Shown here piece by piece: positions 13,860 to 26,100 of a stretch of DNA of 64,000 bases. Position numbers and translations under genes: made by a program. Within the stretch, counting starts at the first letter, position 1. The number at the start of each line of letters is the position of its first letter. Under the pieces are notes generated by a model, which saw nothing but the letters and a program-made list of their open reading frames with translations, had not been told where the DNA came from and did no database searches. This DNA comes from Acanthaster planci (Eukaryota), in assembly GCF_001949145.1 (NCBI RefSeq), contig NW_019091361.1, positions 3,001,854-3,065,853 of the forward strand. Reading direction: 5' to 3'.

Positions 13860-16800
13860 ATGGAGGTGTTTTCCGCATGGAAGCTTCTTCTCGACGCACG
13901 GACGCTTGTGCTCGGTATCGTGGTGTTCCTTGTCTTGTTTCGATACCTCCGTCGACCACGAAACCGGCCGCCTGGTCCCTGGGGTTTGCCGATTCTTGGC
14001 AATCTTCAACTGCTGATGCCAGGGGACACGCTGTTCAGGCGGATTTCTAAACTGACTGATAGGTATGAACTTGTCTTAAAAGCGAATATACATTGTATAG
14101 GACCAGTGGTCCCAACGTTATAATTACATGGGTGTCATGCGGCTGGCTAGTGTGTAAAGCACTCGCCTTTCGTCACTATGGTCCAGGGTTCGATTCCCGG
14201 CCAGGGCCATATATAAGTAGAGTTGTTTGTTTGTCTCCCTCGTTTTTCTCTTTCCACAGAAATCAACATTTATGATCTCGGGCTTTGCTCCATAGGTTAC
14301 GACCGTCTGAGGCACATTTACATGTGCCACGTTCAAGTTTAGTGTCATAGTGTAGGCCCTAAAGCTTACTGGGGTACTTGAACATTATTTGTCTGGAATG
14401 TGCTCGTAATAAATGATTACATTAAGATTACATGCAAATCCAAAATGGTGTTCCTAGCTCTATGGTCGAGTTCGGGCGGCCTGTTCTTGACACGGGTTTC
14501 TTGTTCTCGCACTCGAACGGCGGGAACACGACTCAAGACACTGCTCTCGGAACAGGATCACGCACCACCTTCTCGTCAGGATTTTACAGAAACACACGGA
14601 AAAACTCGTGAGGTTTTGATTTTGAACAGCTGCAAAAAGTACAGAGATGACTTCCAAAGCCATAGAAATGGGATTTTTTGCAAAATTAACATTTAACATA
14701 CAAAATGAATGTTCGTGTTTATATAGAAAAGAATTCAGCCCATCCAAACATTAACTCTCGAATAACGTGGCCTAAATGGAAGCCGCCATGTTGCATGTTG
14801 CTTGTCACTAACTACCAGCGATGACCGGTTGTTTGTTCCCGCCGTTCGAGCGGCAAACCCACGAAAAACAAATCGAGCTGTTCGTGAACATACAGGAACA
14901 AGCAGCCCGAACTCGGCTTCCTTATCAACAATGGGCTCCGAGCTGGACCAAGAGAGGGCGTAATTTTCCTAGCAAAGGAGGCTTCTTCGGTTGTAACCAA
15001 ACGCTTTGCGGCGCTATACGATCTTTGGTTATAACTGCGTGCGCATCGTTGGCTCACGAACGACTATGAGACGCACGCCTTGCAGTCGCATCGCTACCAA
15101 CAATTTGATCGCCCTTTTCAACAGATAATGATGCATCTGCCAATTGTCGATAACTAGACAATTGTAGCAATTCCTAATTGTGTCTCAAAGTAAATATCTT
15201 GACTTCCATCGTGTTTAGGAAGCCATGTGTTTTGCTTTGAAGTATAGAAAAATCGATCAAGCTATCACGCCAGGTTGAACAACCTCTTCCAAACAACCCC
15301 AACAGGGCATTTTGAACTCGTCCCACCTAAGTGCTAATGTAATTTATTGGTAACCACTTTACATCTTTTGTTCTATTTACATATTAATTACAGATATGGC
15401 AAGGTTATGAGTATCGATATGTGTGGGATACCCATAGTCGTCTTACATGGACACGACACGGTCAAGGAAGCCTTCTCGCGGTATGAGTTGAGTAACCGCC
15501 CGCCTCCTCACATAACTGAGAGTATTGCCTCTGGTGTTGGTGAGATTTCATCTTTGCTCATAAACTGGACACATTGAAGTCAAACGTGCTTGCCACTTAA
15601 TATAAACAAAGGGCTATTTGTTACTAATAAATTAGCACAGTACGCTTAGATGCAGGCTTGAACACTCGCCACTTAACCCCAAAAGCGCCATTTAGTTTTG
15701 TTTTTACTGTGGACTCTGCCCTATCTATTGTTCGCGGTGCAGTAAGGCCAAAACAAAATTTTCTTCCGATTACGTGTCTCTCAAAATAGGGTCGGTGGGT
15801 CGGATTTGTTCTTTTTGGTGCAGATTGAATTGACCATTGAAATTCGCATCCAAATCTAAGCCAAGTCACAGGATCCAGTGAGTCAAGTCACTAGTCATTT
15901 GATCACGAATCAGCCAAGTCCAGTCAAATCACAAGTCAATCTTGTCCAAACACAAGCAAGTCACAAGACTTTTTGTCCAAGTATACAAGTCAGGTCGAGC
16001 ACTGTTTCATCTTATAAGTCAACGGGTCCAGGCATCAACTCACCTTTTAACTTCCGCTACTGTTGTTTCATTTTTGCATGGGGGAGCCCTCCCCTAGCGC
16101 TCCCGTAGAACCGCGCCTGCAACTCAACACTTACAAGTTTTAGTTAAATGTATACGTATGTTCTTCAACTTTCTTGTTCAATAACAATGTCCATGTGTAC
16201 ATTTTCACAGTACCTGCGCGATACCAAATGCTTGTCATTAATGGGAGGACGATAATGACATACATGTACCCAGGCCGGAAGAAAGCTCTGACGAAGGGCT
16301 GCGTCCTAATTTTCACTTGGCTCCTGCTTGAAATTACGCACGAGTGTATAGTAGTGGCCAGTCGCGGCAGATGGAATCATGTGTGATTTCAAGCCACAGC
16401 CAAGTGAGTCAGACGTGGCCTTGGGCAGACAAGACCGAAGTAGAAGTCGCGAGCGGAATGAAGTCTTGCGCTAATTGCTTTATGAGCGAAAGGCATAAGG
16501 TGATAGACCTTATTTAAAACTTTAAGGGTTTGATTGAGTACTTTTGTTACTTGCGTTGGTAATAAGTCATAATGTGCAAGTCCAAGTCAAGTTATAAGTC
16601 AAAAGCTGACCGTTACAAGTCGAGTCACAAGTCACAAAAAAGTGACTCGAATCCGACGCGAGTCCAAGGCAACTGACTTGAGTCTACAACTCTGAGACAC
16701 AATGACGTCACAGTGCTAATTTGCCACTGATGTAAATGGTTGCAGGGGATGATGTTTCAACAATTTGATACTGAATTCTGTTGTGCACGTGTATCTCGGT

Positions 16801-19800
16801 GAATCGCAACTTTACAGGTCGTTTTCCTTTCTATCTCATGAACAGTTGAGATCCGATCCCCATTCTGCTGTAGCCCAATATTTGGAAATCTCCATATCGT
16901 CTCTTTTGCAGGTATTTTAGCATCAAGTGGCGAGCAGTGGACCGAGATTCGTCGGTTTTCCATGACCGTTCTCCGGGGCCTAGGTGTTGGCAAGTCACGG
17001 TTTGAGGAGAACATCTCCACCGAAGCAGAAATTCTGGTTGAAGAACTCAAGAAATTTAACAGCAAGGCATTCGACCCAAGGCATCTCATCGGCAATGCTG
17101 TATCCAACATCATCTGTTCAGTGGTGTTTGGTAAAAGGTTCCAGTACACTGATCCAGCTTTCAAGCGTCTTCTGAAAGTCTTGAATGATCTTGTGTTAGA
17201 ATTACAGGGAGGGGGCATGCTAGAAAACGCACCCATCTTTGCGAAACTGAAAATGCTTCCGTTCGTGCGAAAGTATGTGATTGCCACGGAGAACTTCTTC
17301 AATTACATTAACATACTCTTGAAAGAACACAGTAAGGGACAAAGCTCTGATCTTCCTCAAGATTTCATCGACATGTTCGAGGATGAACAGAAGGTGAAGG
17401 AACGCCAGGGTGTCAAGTCTCTGGCCTTACTTCCCGAGAACTTGAAGCACATCGTGGGTGACCTGTTTGGTGCTGGGTCTGAGACCACTGCCACTACACT
17501 TCGCTGGGGGATGCTGTACATGATTGCACACCCAGAAATACAAAGACGAGTTCAGAAGGAGTTGGATGACGTCACTAGTCGTAATCGTCTGCCAAGAATT
17601 TCTGATAAGCCCGAGCTGCCGTACACCGAAGCCGTGCTGTGTGAGATTCAGCGCATGGGAACCATCGTGCCATTGGCCGTGCCACATATGACCGCTGAAG
17701 ATACCACCATTGAGGGGTGAGCAAACACATTTTCACCGGAGATTCAGAAATTCTCAACTCAATCAGAAAAGCTCAATTCAAGATCAGGTCCTCATTGTTT
17801 CGTGAACACTCCTCGGCTCACCTGTATACCACATGAAAATATAGACAAATTGTAGTGACGAATTCGTAACATCTCGATTTCTAAATTGAACAAATTGTTC
17901 TACAAACGTTTCCTAACGGTATCTCAAGCAATCGGTGTTACTAAATTCACAGACCTCAGGTGAGAAACCCTTAATATCCCTTGCGACATGTGACGTTATT
18001 AGGGTTCAACCCACTACAAAATAATAAACAATGCTTAATATATAACCCAATTTTTAAGTGGTTGAACCCAAATGAAGTTACATAGGCAGCAGCAAGACAA
18101 TCAGACCATGGGCAAGAAGAATCTGTAACTTTCATCCCAACTAGTGATGGTTTCAGAAACTCAGTGGTGACTGGCTGGGGACTGGGTGGTTTGAGGGATG
18201 ACTTAAATAGTGGGCCATTGCAACTGCGGAAATTGCAAAAGATAACGGGGAATTGTAGGACACCACATTGGGGGCGCTGTTCACGATGCAGATACATTTC
18301 TTTCTAAACCTACACTCTTCATCAAAACGACATATTTGACGCTTTGTGCTTTTTATTTCTTTTCGGAATCATTGAACATATTTTGTGTTGTTCGGCTGTT
18401 CAAAATATTCCTTATTACCTTGGCCGTTTTTTTGCCAAGGCAATAAGTCCTGCTTTAGCATTTTTCTTTCTACGGACTTCAGATTTATCAAAGGTTACAT
18501 CTGAACTATGCTTTGTCAACAGTTACAACATCCCCAAAGGTACGATTGTGATGTCTAACATCTGGCATAACCACTTTGACCCTTTGGTATGGGAAGAGCC
18601 TGGGCAGTTTCGTCCTGAGCGATTCCTTGATAAAGATGGCAAGTTTCGGCCCCGTGAGGAACTCATACCATTTGGAATCGGTACGTAGTCTGTCAATATT
18701 GGTTCATTTGTAACTTCATACCGCTCCAAAGATTTAATTTCACAAGGTTTAAACTCAAGTTTGAATGCAGAACACTGAATAGAAGGAGTTTGTCATTAAC
18801 GTCTGTCAGAAAATAGCTGAGTAGTAATTTTGTTTTTAGATCGCATGTACGGACGTCACACATTTTCAAGAAACGTTTACACGCAGTTTCAATGTCAGAG
18901 CGTGTCCAAAACGACCACTGTTGTACATGGCTGTTAATTTTTTTACCATTGTCAGCTGACGGTGAAAATGGCGAGTCTGCTTCCAAGTTGATGTCACGAT
19001 TAAAGATGTCATTGATATCAGTGGGGAAATTTGGGAAGTATTTAGTGAAAAGGGCCTTGTTCCAAGGACGCAATATTTTTTTTAAAAATGGTTATCTTTG
19101 TCAAAATAGACTTAAAAGGAGAACAAAAGCTGAGTTGAGGCATATTCCACTTCACCATTTCAAACTCCTACGTTTGGTAGTTTGTTCTTGTTCTCAAATT
19201 CCATATTTGCAAATCGTTTTTTTTTCCATCGGCCTTTCATGACTGATTAGAAATGAACCTTGTGAGTCCTTGAAATTCCATTCTGACAGGGGGCAAATTC
19301 AAAAGTGAATGTGACGTTGGACTCATTCAACATGATGTTGGGAGGGAGAAAAAAATCAAAAGCCTTACTCAAGGTTCCAACATCCTTACTCTTACCTTAC
19401 AGCGTTGTTTTCTTACGGTCATAGTACTAATATGTGATAAATAAACATATCGATTACTTTCTTATTTATGAAGTATTCTTTGTTTAAAAAACCCGCCAGG
19501 GGGGCAAGTTGCCCCCTGCCCCCCCCCCAGGATACGCCATTGCATTCTAAGAAGTGTAAATTACAAATGATATTTTATTTACCTTTTACATTTTCAGATG
19601 GATTTCATACCCAAATGTTTCCAGCACTACAGCCCGTCCAAAATAGAAACAAATACGGGTAGTGCATAATGGGTGTTTAGGGCCAGAAATGTAGGGAAAA
19701 TACTAGTTCTGTGAAGAAATACGTACTCAATGATGGCGCGAAATTTTACGCAATGAATTTTCTTGAACTCTGCCTCTGAATGTAATCAAAACTTCAAAGT

Positions 19801-20031
19801 TCTCAAAGTTTGGATATTGACAGCTTTCTGCAATTTCCGCATTGTACAGGTCGACGCATCTGTTTGGGTGAGCACCTTGCCAAGATGGAGCTCTTCATCT
19901 TCTTCACACACCTCCTGCATCACTTCACCCTCAAGAAACCTGACCATGTTCCCGCCGTGTCCCTGGAAGGGAAAGACGGTCTTGTCTGGTCACCAGCAAG
20001 CTTCGAGGTCTGCGCGACTGCTAGGGAGTAA
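13860..20031 (+). CDS. Cytochrome P450, clan 2 (CYP2 family-like, resembling CYP2J/CYP2U1 types), complete, about 497 aa
   Basis: Exons 13860-14062, 15394-15539, 16912-17716, 18523-18680 and 19850-20031 total 1494 nt, in frame with GT-AG junctions. Motifs: N-terminal membrane anchor, PPGPWGLPILGNL hinge, WxxxR (WTEIRRF), I-helix AGSETT, K-helix EIQR, PERF, and heme motif FGIGRRICLG. Confidence 0.95.
14135..14208 (+). mobile_element. tRNA-derived SINE head (tRNA-like relic), CYP intron 1
   Basis: A-box-like TGGCTAGTGTG and B-box GGTTCGATTCC at tRNA-like spacing, but no clean cloverleaf acceptor stem. Confidence 0.55.
14463..14918. mobile_element. MITE-like element with long imperfect inverted ends, CYP intron 1
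   Basis: CGAGTTCGGGC...CTCGAACGGCGGGAACA at the left pairs with TGTTCCCGCCGTTCGAG...GCCCGAACTCG at the right. Confidence 0.6.
15855..16694 (-). mobile_element. Related hAT-like element in opposite orientation, CYP intron 2, left end eroded
   Basis: 16565-16694 (ending GACTTGAGTCTACAACTCTG) is a reverse-complement relative of 7539-7730; the CAAGTCA arrays at 15855-15990 match the reverse complement of 8365-8445. Confidence 0.6.
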
Positions 20032-22264
20032 AGTTGACCAATACAATGGAAAATCGTCCTGGGGTGGAGTAGATCCTGCTCTTGCTTATAACAAAGGGGA
20101 CCATCCAATCAGTAATTTTAATACCAGTGTAGAATTTAGCTTCTGGGCTAATATATAATATTTTGGATAAACAAGTTATATAGAATACTGACAAAGTAGT
20201 CAAAAATTGTTTGTGATACCAGTAAGTACAGGTATATTTTATTCCTAGCAGGCTTTGTACTTTCATACATATCAGAATGTAATTAGTATTCAAATTATCA
20301 ACCGTCTCCTTTAAATCTGAGCAGTAGCCTAGCAAAAAATTGGGACGTTGATGAAGAAAAGTCGACCCGGGAAAATGAAATAAAATGGGAAGAGATCTTC
20401 ACTTCGCAACAGACAAGGAACAGGCTACTGACAGTCCGCCTGTTTCACAGAGTTGGTTTCTGAGTTTGTAGGGGACATTTTGAAAGTTCTCGTTTCGAAG
20501 GGGTTCTTTTCAAGGAGTGTACATGTACATCCGTTTATCAATTTGTACCTTTCGGTGATTTGCAGTAAGTATGTTGCAGGAAATCTATTGTCTCACCAAA
20601 GTAGACACGGAGGCCAGTGAAATTCTCCTGGAGATCATGTTCCCTTACATTAAGCACTTGTGTACGATTAAAGCACTAGTTCTTGCAGAGTGTAGCTTAA
20701 TACATTGTAACGGCACGACAGGATTCTTTTCTTGGGGGGGGGGTGTTGCGAGTGCAACTCTGCTTAGATTTCATTGCAGCGATCCCACGCAGAGAGAAGG
20801 AATCAATACATGTATGTGATTGGCAGGTCAGCATTTAAGACCGGATAAGGAGAATGGACGCATCTAATGCTGCCGTTCGGGCATTATCAGCCTTCAGTTT
20901 CCTGAATTCCTAATTTATTCCCATTCATGAATACTTTTTTAACCAGAGAGTCAAAGGAAGTCAATATAATGATGGATTTCCAACGGTTTTACTTTCAAAC
21001 CCTCGTCCAATTTATTTTATAGTTGGCCAAAAGAACCTCTTTATATGGACTTGTCGCTTGCGCGTTGCGCGCCACGTGCACACAGACTCTTGACCATTCA
21101 GAATCGATGGAACTGTCTCGTATCTAGGCACCAGTGCATGATTTAGGTAGCGGGCGTTATCGCTTCTTAGCGGGCATTATGTAAATATACATGTATGTAC
21201 ACGGTCAAGTTGCAGGTTGTTTAATTTAATACGGAGACTGTCTGAGGCATTTATGAGTTCATTATTAATGCGCTGAACACTATTTTGCTGATTGGATCAT
21301 TCTTATTAATATCTTCAAGAATGCAAAATGCTGTCTAATATTTCCGCCTGTCTTTTTTCCAGAAAAATAAGCCTTAAGCCTATTCCTACAGCTCTTTCGG
21401 AAGCACTGAATTTCGGTTGCATGGTTGTTGCTATACACGACTTTCCTCAGATATCGAAAAGCTAACCTCAGTAAATGAGGGAACATCTTTCAGCACACGA
21501 AAAATGTTGAACGTACAATGTGCGTAGGAAAACATACCAACAGTTTCTTTAAGTCATTACCTGGATTTCGAAGTCGGATAAGGTTTCAAATCCTAGAATT
21601 ACCTCCCCAAAACACAGCTTACAGTTTTCCTAGCAACAAAGTGAAACTGCCTCTTTGATCTGTGTTCCTTGGTATTAGGTATTCATGTCAAACTTTGAAA
21701 TAACTGAATGTGCATAAAATCAAGTGAAAACTTGTGAGAGCCACCACGCGCCTGGATCCTAATGTCCCGGAGTTTTCTTGCAGTATGCGACCAATACGAA
21801 GAGAGTGTATGATGGAGTATTGTTAGGTTTTCCAATTGTTGTCATTATTGTAGTCATCTTATAAAAACCTACGGAAAATCCTTTAATCCACCAGTCGATG
21901 TTCTCGAAAATGCCCTTTGGAATTACTTTCATGGCTAAAACGATATTTAAGGGATTTTCAAGGGGGGAAAGTCGACCATCGTCGACCTGGTCCGACCACT
22001 GCACTACCTGAGGGACTTGGCTCTCAGTTTCCGTCAATGTTTGATTTCTTTCCCCTAGTTGCTGAAATACTGTACTGTGGGAAAATTTAACTCTGAATTG
22101 CCGATGGCCATCCAACTTCAAATTTTACTTCAGTGAAAGAGATGATTTAGTTGTCACGATTTATACAAACGGGGGTATGGACCGAGCACATTTGAAGTGT
22201 ATAAGCATAATTATGTGGCATGAATGATTTTGTCATTTATAAGGCGATAAACTTGAAGTAATAA

Positions 22265-22665
22265 CCCGCTTCTACGAAAGATTCTAATGTATAATCTAAC
22301 CTTTGGTGACGAGAACTGCGCCAGGTCAACTCGACTGAATCTAGAGTCTATTGACTACAGGAAGGTAAATCTTTGCAACGTATCGTTTCCACGTAAGCAC
22401 GGGGAACGAAAACAAACGTGCATGAACAAGGAGACCTAGGAACAATACTGCCGGAAGTGAACCGTTAATGAAATTCATTGTTTTTTTTTTTACTTATATC
22501 CAAGTGACTTTTCCTTAATATTTCTGTCTTGACAAGGACAAGGGGAAAATTCTGACATGGGCGTTTCTTGGGGTGGCTTCAATTAGGAATTATTCTTCCA
22601 AAATTATCGAATGTAATAGGACGGCCCAATGTAAAATCCCCAAAGGCGTACCGCGCGAGGGTTCC
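22265..22665 (+). repeat. Dispersed repeat, copy 2 (family B), about 450 bp upstream of the PDIA3-like ATG
   Basis: Diverged direct copy of 8945-9340. Confidence 0.7.
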
Positions 22666-23110
22666 GGAAGCTCACTGAGGGACCTTTTACTTTCAGCCGA
22701 GATAAAGAGTAGAAAAGACCTGCCCGTCGTAATCAAGGGGATCAGAGCCTTGTAAGAACCTACATAAAGTCCCTAGCGCGATAATTCCTATACTGCCTAG
22801 ACAGATATCCCTGAAAAACCTTTTGGGGATTTAATTCACGGGAACTTGTCATGTAGAAGATTCTTAAGAGAGAAGAATTCGCAGTGCCTGTGGGATTTGC
22901 ATATTCATGAGCAGATGAAATGATCAGATTGCGTCACAAGGAGTAAATCTACCAGTTGGTAAGTCTACCCGGGATTAGTAGGCTCTTGCTGTAGGGTACG
23001 AGGCCTAGCTGCTGCGGTAAAATCACATCACGTGTACAGAGTATTCGTTTAGTAGGACAAGCTGGTGTGGGAAACCTGAGTGTAAGAGGTTTACATAGGC
23101 ATCACTGAAA

Positions 23111-26100
23111 ATGAAGACGTTTCTGCTGATCTCTGTGCTTTTGGGGCTTGCTCTTGGCGGTGATGTTATAGAACTCACTGATGATTCGTTCAAATCGGAG
23201 GCCGCCCGACATGACCTGATGCTTGTTCAGTTTTTCACTGCTTGGTAAGCTACAGACAAACATTTTCATTCGGTATCAGCACTAGCTTCATGGTCATACT
23301 GTGATATAGAATTCTATGTTAAATGATTTGGTACTCCTTTGCGTGTATCGGTCTGCACAAGGGTCCACCCCGAATGTATAACCGGAGTTGTACGAGTGAT
23401 TTTCTTCAACTTGGTTCCACTCATTATCAGTCCTAGGCTTCTGCATTGCTTTCATTCATTTCGTTCGGTAGCAGTTATTCTTTCAGCCAGTACAAGGATA
23501 TTGTTGTCCTATATCGTCTCAGGTGGTAAAGGCCTATTGTCGTATTGAATCTTCTTTCTCACCATGTGCCTTTAAATCACTCCCCAGTTTCAACCAAACT
23601 AAGCCATAACTATGGACAACCGGCCTGAGCTTCAATGATATGGTGCACTCCGACAAAGATCAGCTATCAGTAGAGGTCATTTCATTGAAAGTTACGAAAT
23701 GCTTCTCCCACAATATTCAACCGATGAAGGCCAAACTTGCAATTGGTCAGTCAAATCCCTATGAGTGGGCCGAGCCTTCCTCATATGCGTAGGGTATACA
23801 CAGAATTGTGGCTCAAGCTAGGTTACCTTGTGTGAATCGAGACATTTTGTAATATGTACCTAGAGGTTACTGGCGGTCATTTCAGGAAAATAAGCGGCTT
23901 CTTCTGTCACAGTCTTCATCCGATTTTAGCCGTATTTGGTCAAATTCTTCCTTGTTGAGGTCCGTTGTAGGGCAGATTTAGAGCAAAAGTTTCTCAGTGG
24001 TTGCAATTTAGTGGTTCTATTGGTAGCGGGCCTCTTGCAAGGCCAAGGGCAAAGGTCAGCTAGTGGGCAACATGTAGTCTTTTCCTGCAAAATGGACAAA
24101 CTTTCCGGCAAAGACCCCTTGATGAGTGGGTGATCGCTGATTCATTCTTGGGATAAAACAACGTATGTTCATAGCGTTCATTACCAAACGCGTGCGCAAG
24201 ATTTGCACTTAACAGCAGAGCAACAGACTACGTCTGATTTCGCGCGCTCTGATTGCAAAATGAGACGTCGTCTTCGTTAATTAATTAATGGGTTTCCAGA
24301 AAACCGAGCATAAATGATGAAATCCAAATTACATTAGGCCTAGTCATTTTATTTTTCAGTAGCACTGATTTTGTGCCCTGCCTCAAAAAAGGTTATGAAA
24401 ATGTGGTTATAAATAACCCAAAAATTATTTTATTTTTTCACCGGAAAAAATTGAGTGTTACCAAATTTGATCAATATCTACTCTAGTTTTCCTGGTTATA
24501 AAACTAGATTCATATAAACTAGATGACTGTCTTAATCAATTGCACGGGAAAATTGGGAAATCCGCCGAACAAATATTTTTGTAAAATAATTTGAATTTGA
24601 CCAACTTTTCACGCCAAATCGTGTGAATCCAGACATTTTGAAATGGAAAACTCCGTGACATATCTAATCGTAAATTATTATATATATTCCTCAATTCTTA
24701 GAGCCAGGGGTTATTGCTTTGTCAAACTTTTCACAAAAAAGAGGGTACCCTTGCACCATTTTCTTGTAAGGGCAGACTCTTGAGTAACTTTCACACAGCG
24801 GCGAGCCACAGGCCTCCCCCCAACATNNNNNNNNNNNNNNNNNNNNNNNNNNNNNNNNNNNNNNNNNNNNNNNNNNNNNNNNNNNNNNNNNNTTCTCTCT
24901 GTCTCATACCTTGCTGTATAGCTATAGTCCATGGCAGCCTAACTGATGAACGAAGATTGTATACCTTATAAAATGGTACCGCAGTCGGTACAATCTAACA
25001 GAAAATCATCATACTAGTGTTTGTATACCATTTAGGTAATAACAGTGGATACCAAACGGCTTTGAATCTTTGTGTACTGTTGGAAAGATAAGATATTAGA
25101 GTGATTCAAAATGACTTGATTATTAAACATTATGCACTATATGCGAACGTTCTGAGACAAAGACGTCATCGAGCTACAAATAGAATAAGATTGTCGTTTC
25201 TATTTTCGTTAGTTAGTCCAATCTTGGGTTAAAGTCTCCGCAATCAGTAGACACTAATGAAATGCACACGTTTGTTTTTTCTCTCCTTGATTCTTGCTCT
25301 TCAAATGGATGAATAAAGAGGTCCATTGTGCTTTGACTCAATAGTAGAAGGGTTGAAACCCCACGGACGTGTATTAAAAAACCTGGACTTGCAACGCCTT
25401 TGTATGAAAAAGAAGTCAACCAGCGGCCATTTTACCGAGCCGAATACAAATGCGCGGGTTGGCTCCTCCTATTGACGTCAGGAAGAACAAAGCTAGGAAA
25501 GCTTTGTATTCGGCTCGGTAAAATGGCCGCGAGTGGATTCAATGGTCTCTATAAGCTGATTAAGGGCATTGTGAGTCCAGATTTAATTGTACACCTCCAC
25601 GAGAAACCCATGGAGAGCCGTCAATCTGATGCTATCCGCAACTGACGCGGATGAGCGAATACTATGCACAAAGTGCCGTCACACGTATACATAGGCTCCA
25701 ATAATCTTTGTGAAGTGTTCCAGAAACTGCAAGAGTTTGGAGTAGAACAAGAGTTGTAGAGTTTGTAGCGCTGCAGGAACACAGTATCCGGCTGCAATAC
25801 TAAATGATAGAGTACAGTGGATGTTTCAAAAAAGAAAGAGTTAGCGGAGAGGGTCTCAGCTGCTCTTAGGCGGTCACGACTCAAGATCTATGAAGACCAA
25901 ATCAGTATGGCCATTTTCATGAAAAACACCAACTGATTTAAATGAATGGGTATCGCCAATGTTTCAGAATAAATAGTATATTTCGGCCTATCATCCACAC
26001 CTTCAACTTTCCAGAAAATGATGAGCACCATATTAGTGGTTTTAAAGAGAGTGCAAGTTAAAAACATGGATATGATTTGATTATGGTAAAGACGACGCCC

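Noticed and set aside
14135..14208. Possible tRNA gene
   Set aside because: A and B boxes are present but there is no convincing acceptor stem or T-run terminator; better explained as a SINE head.
16757..17302. 181-aa minus-strand ORF
   Set aside because: Antisense shadow of CYP exon 3.
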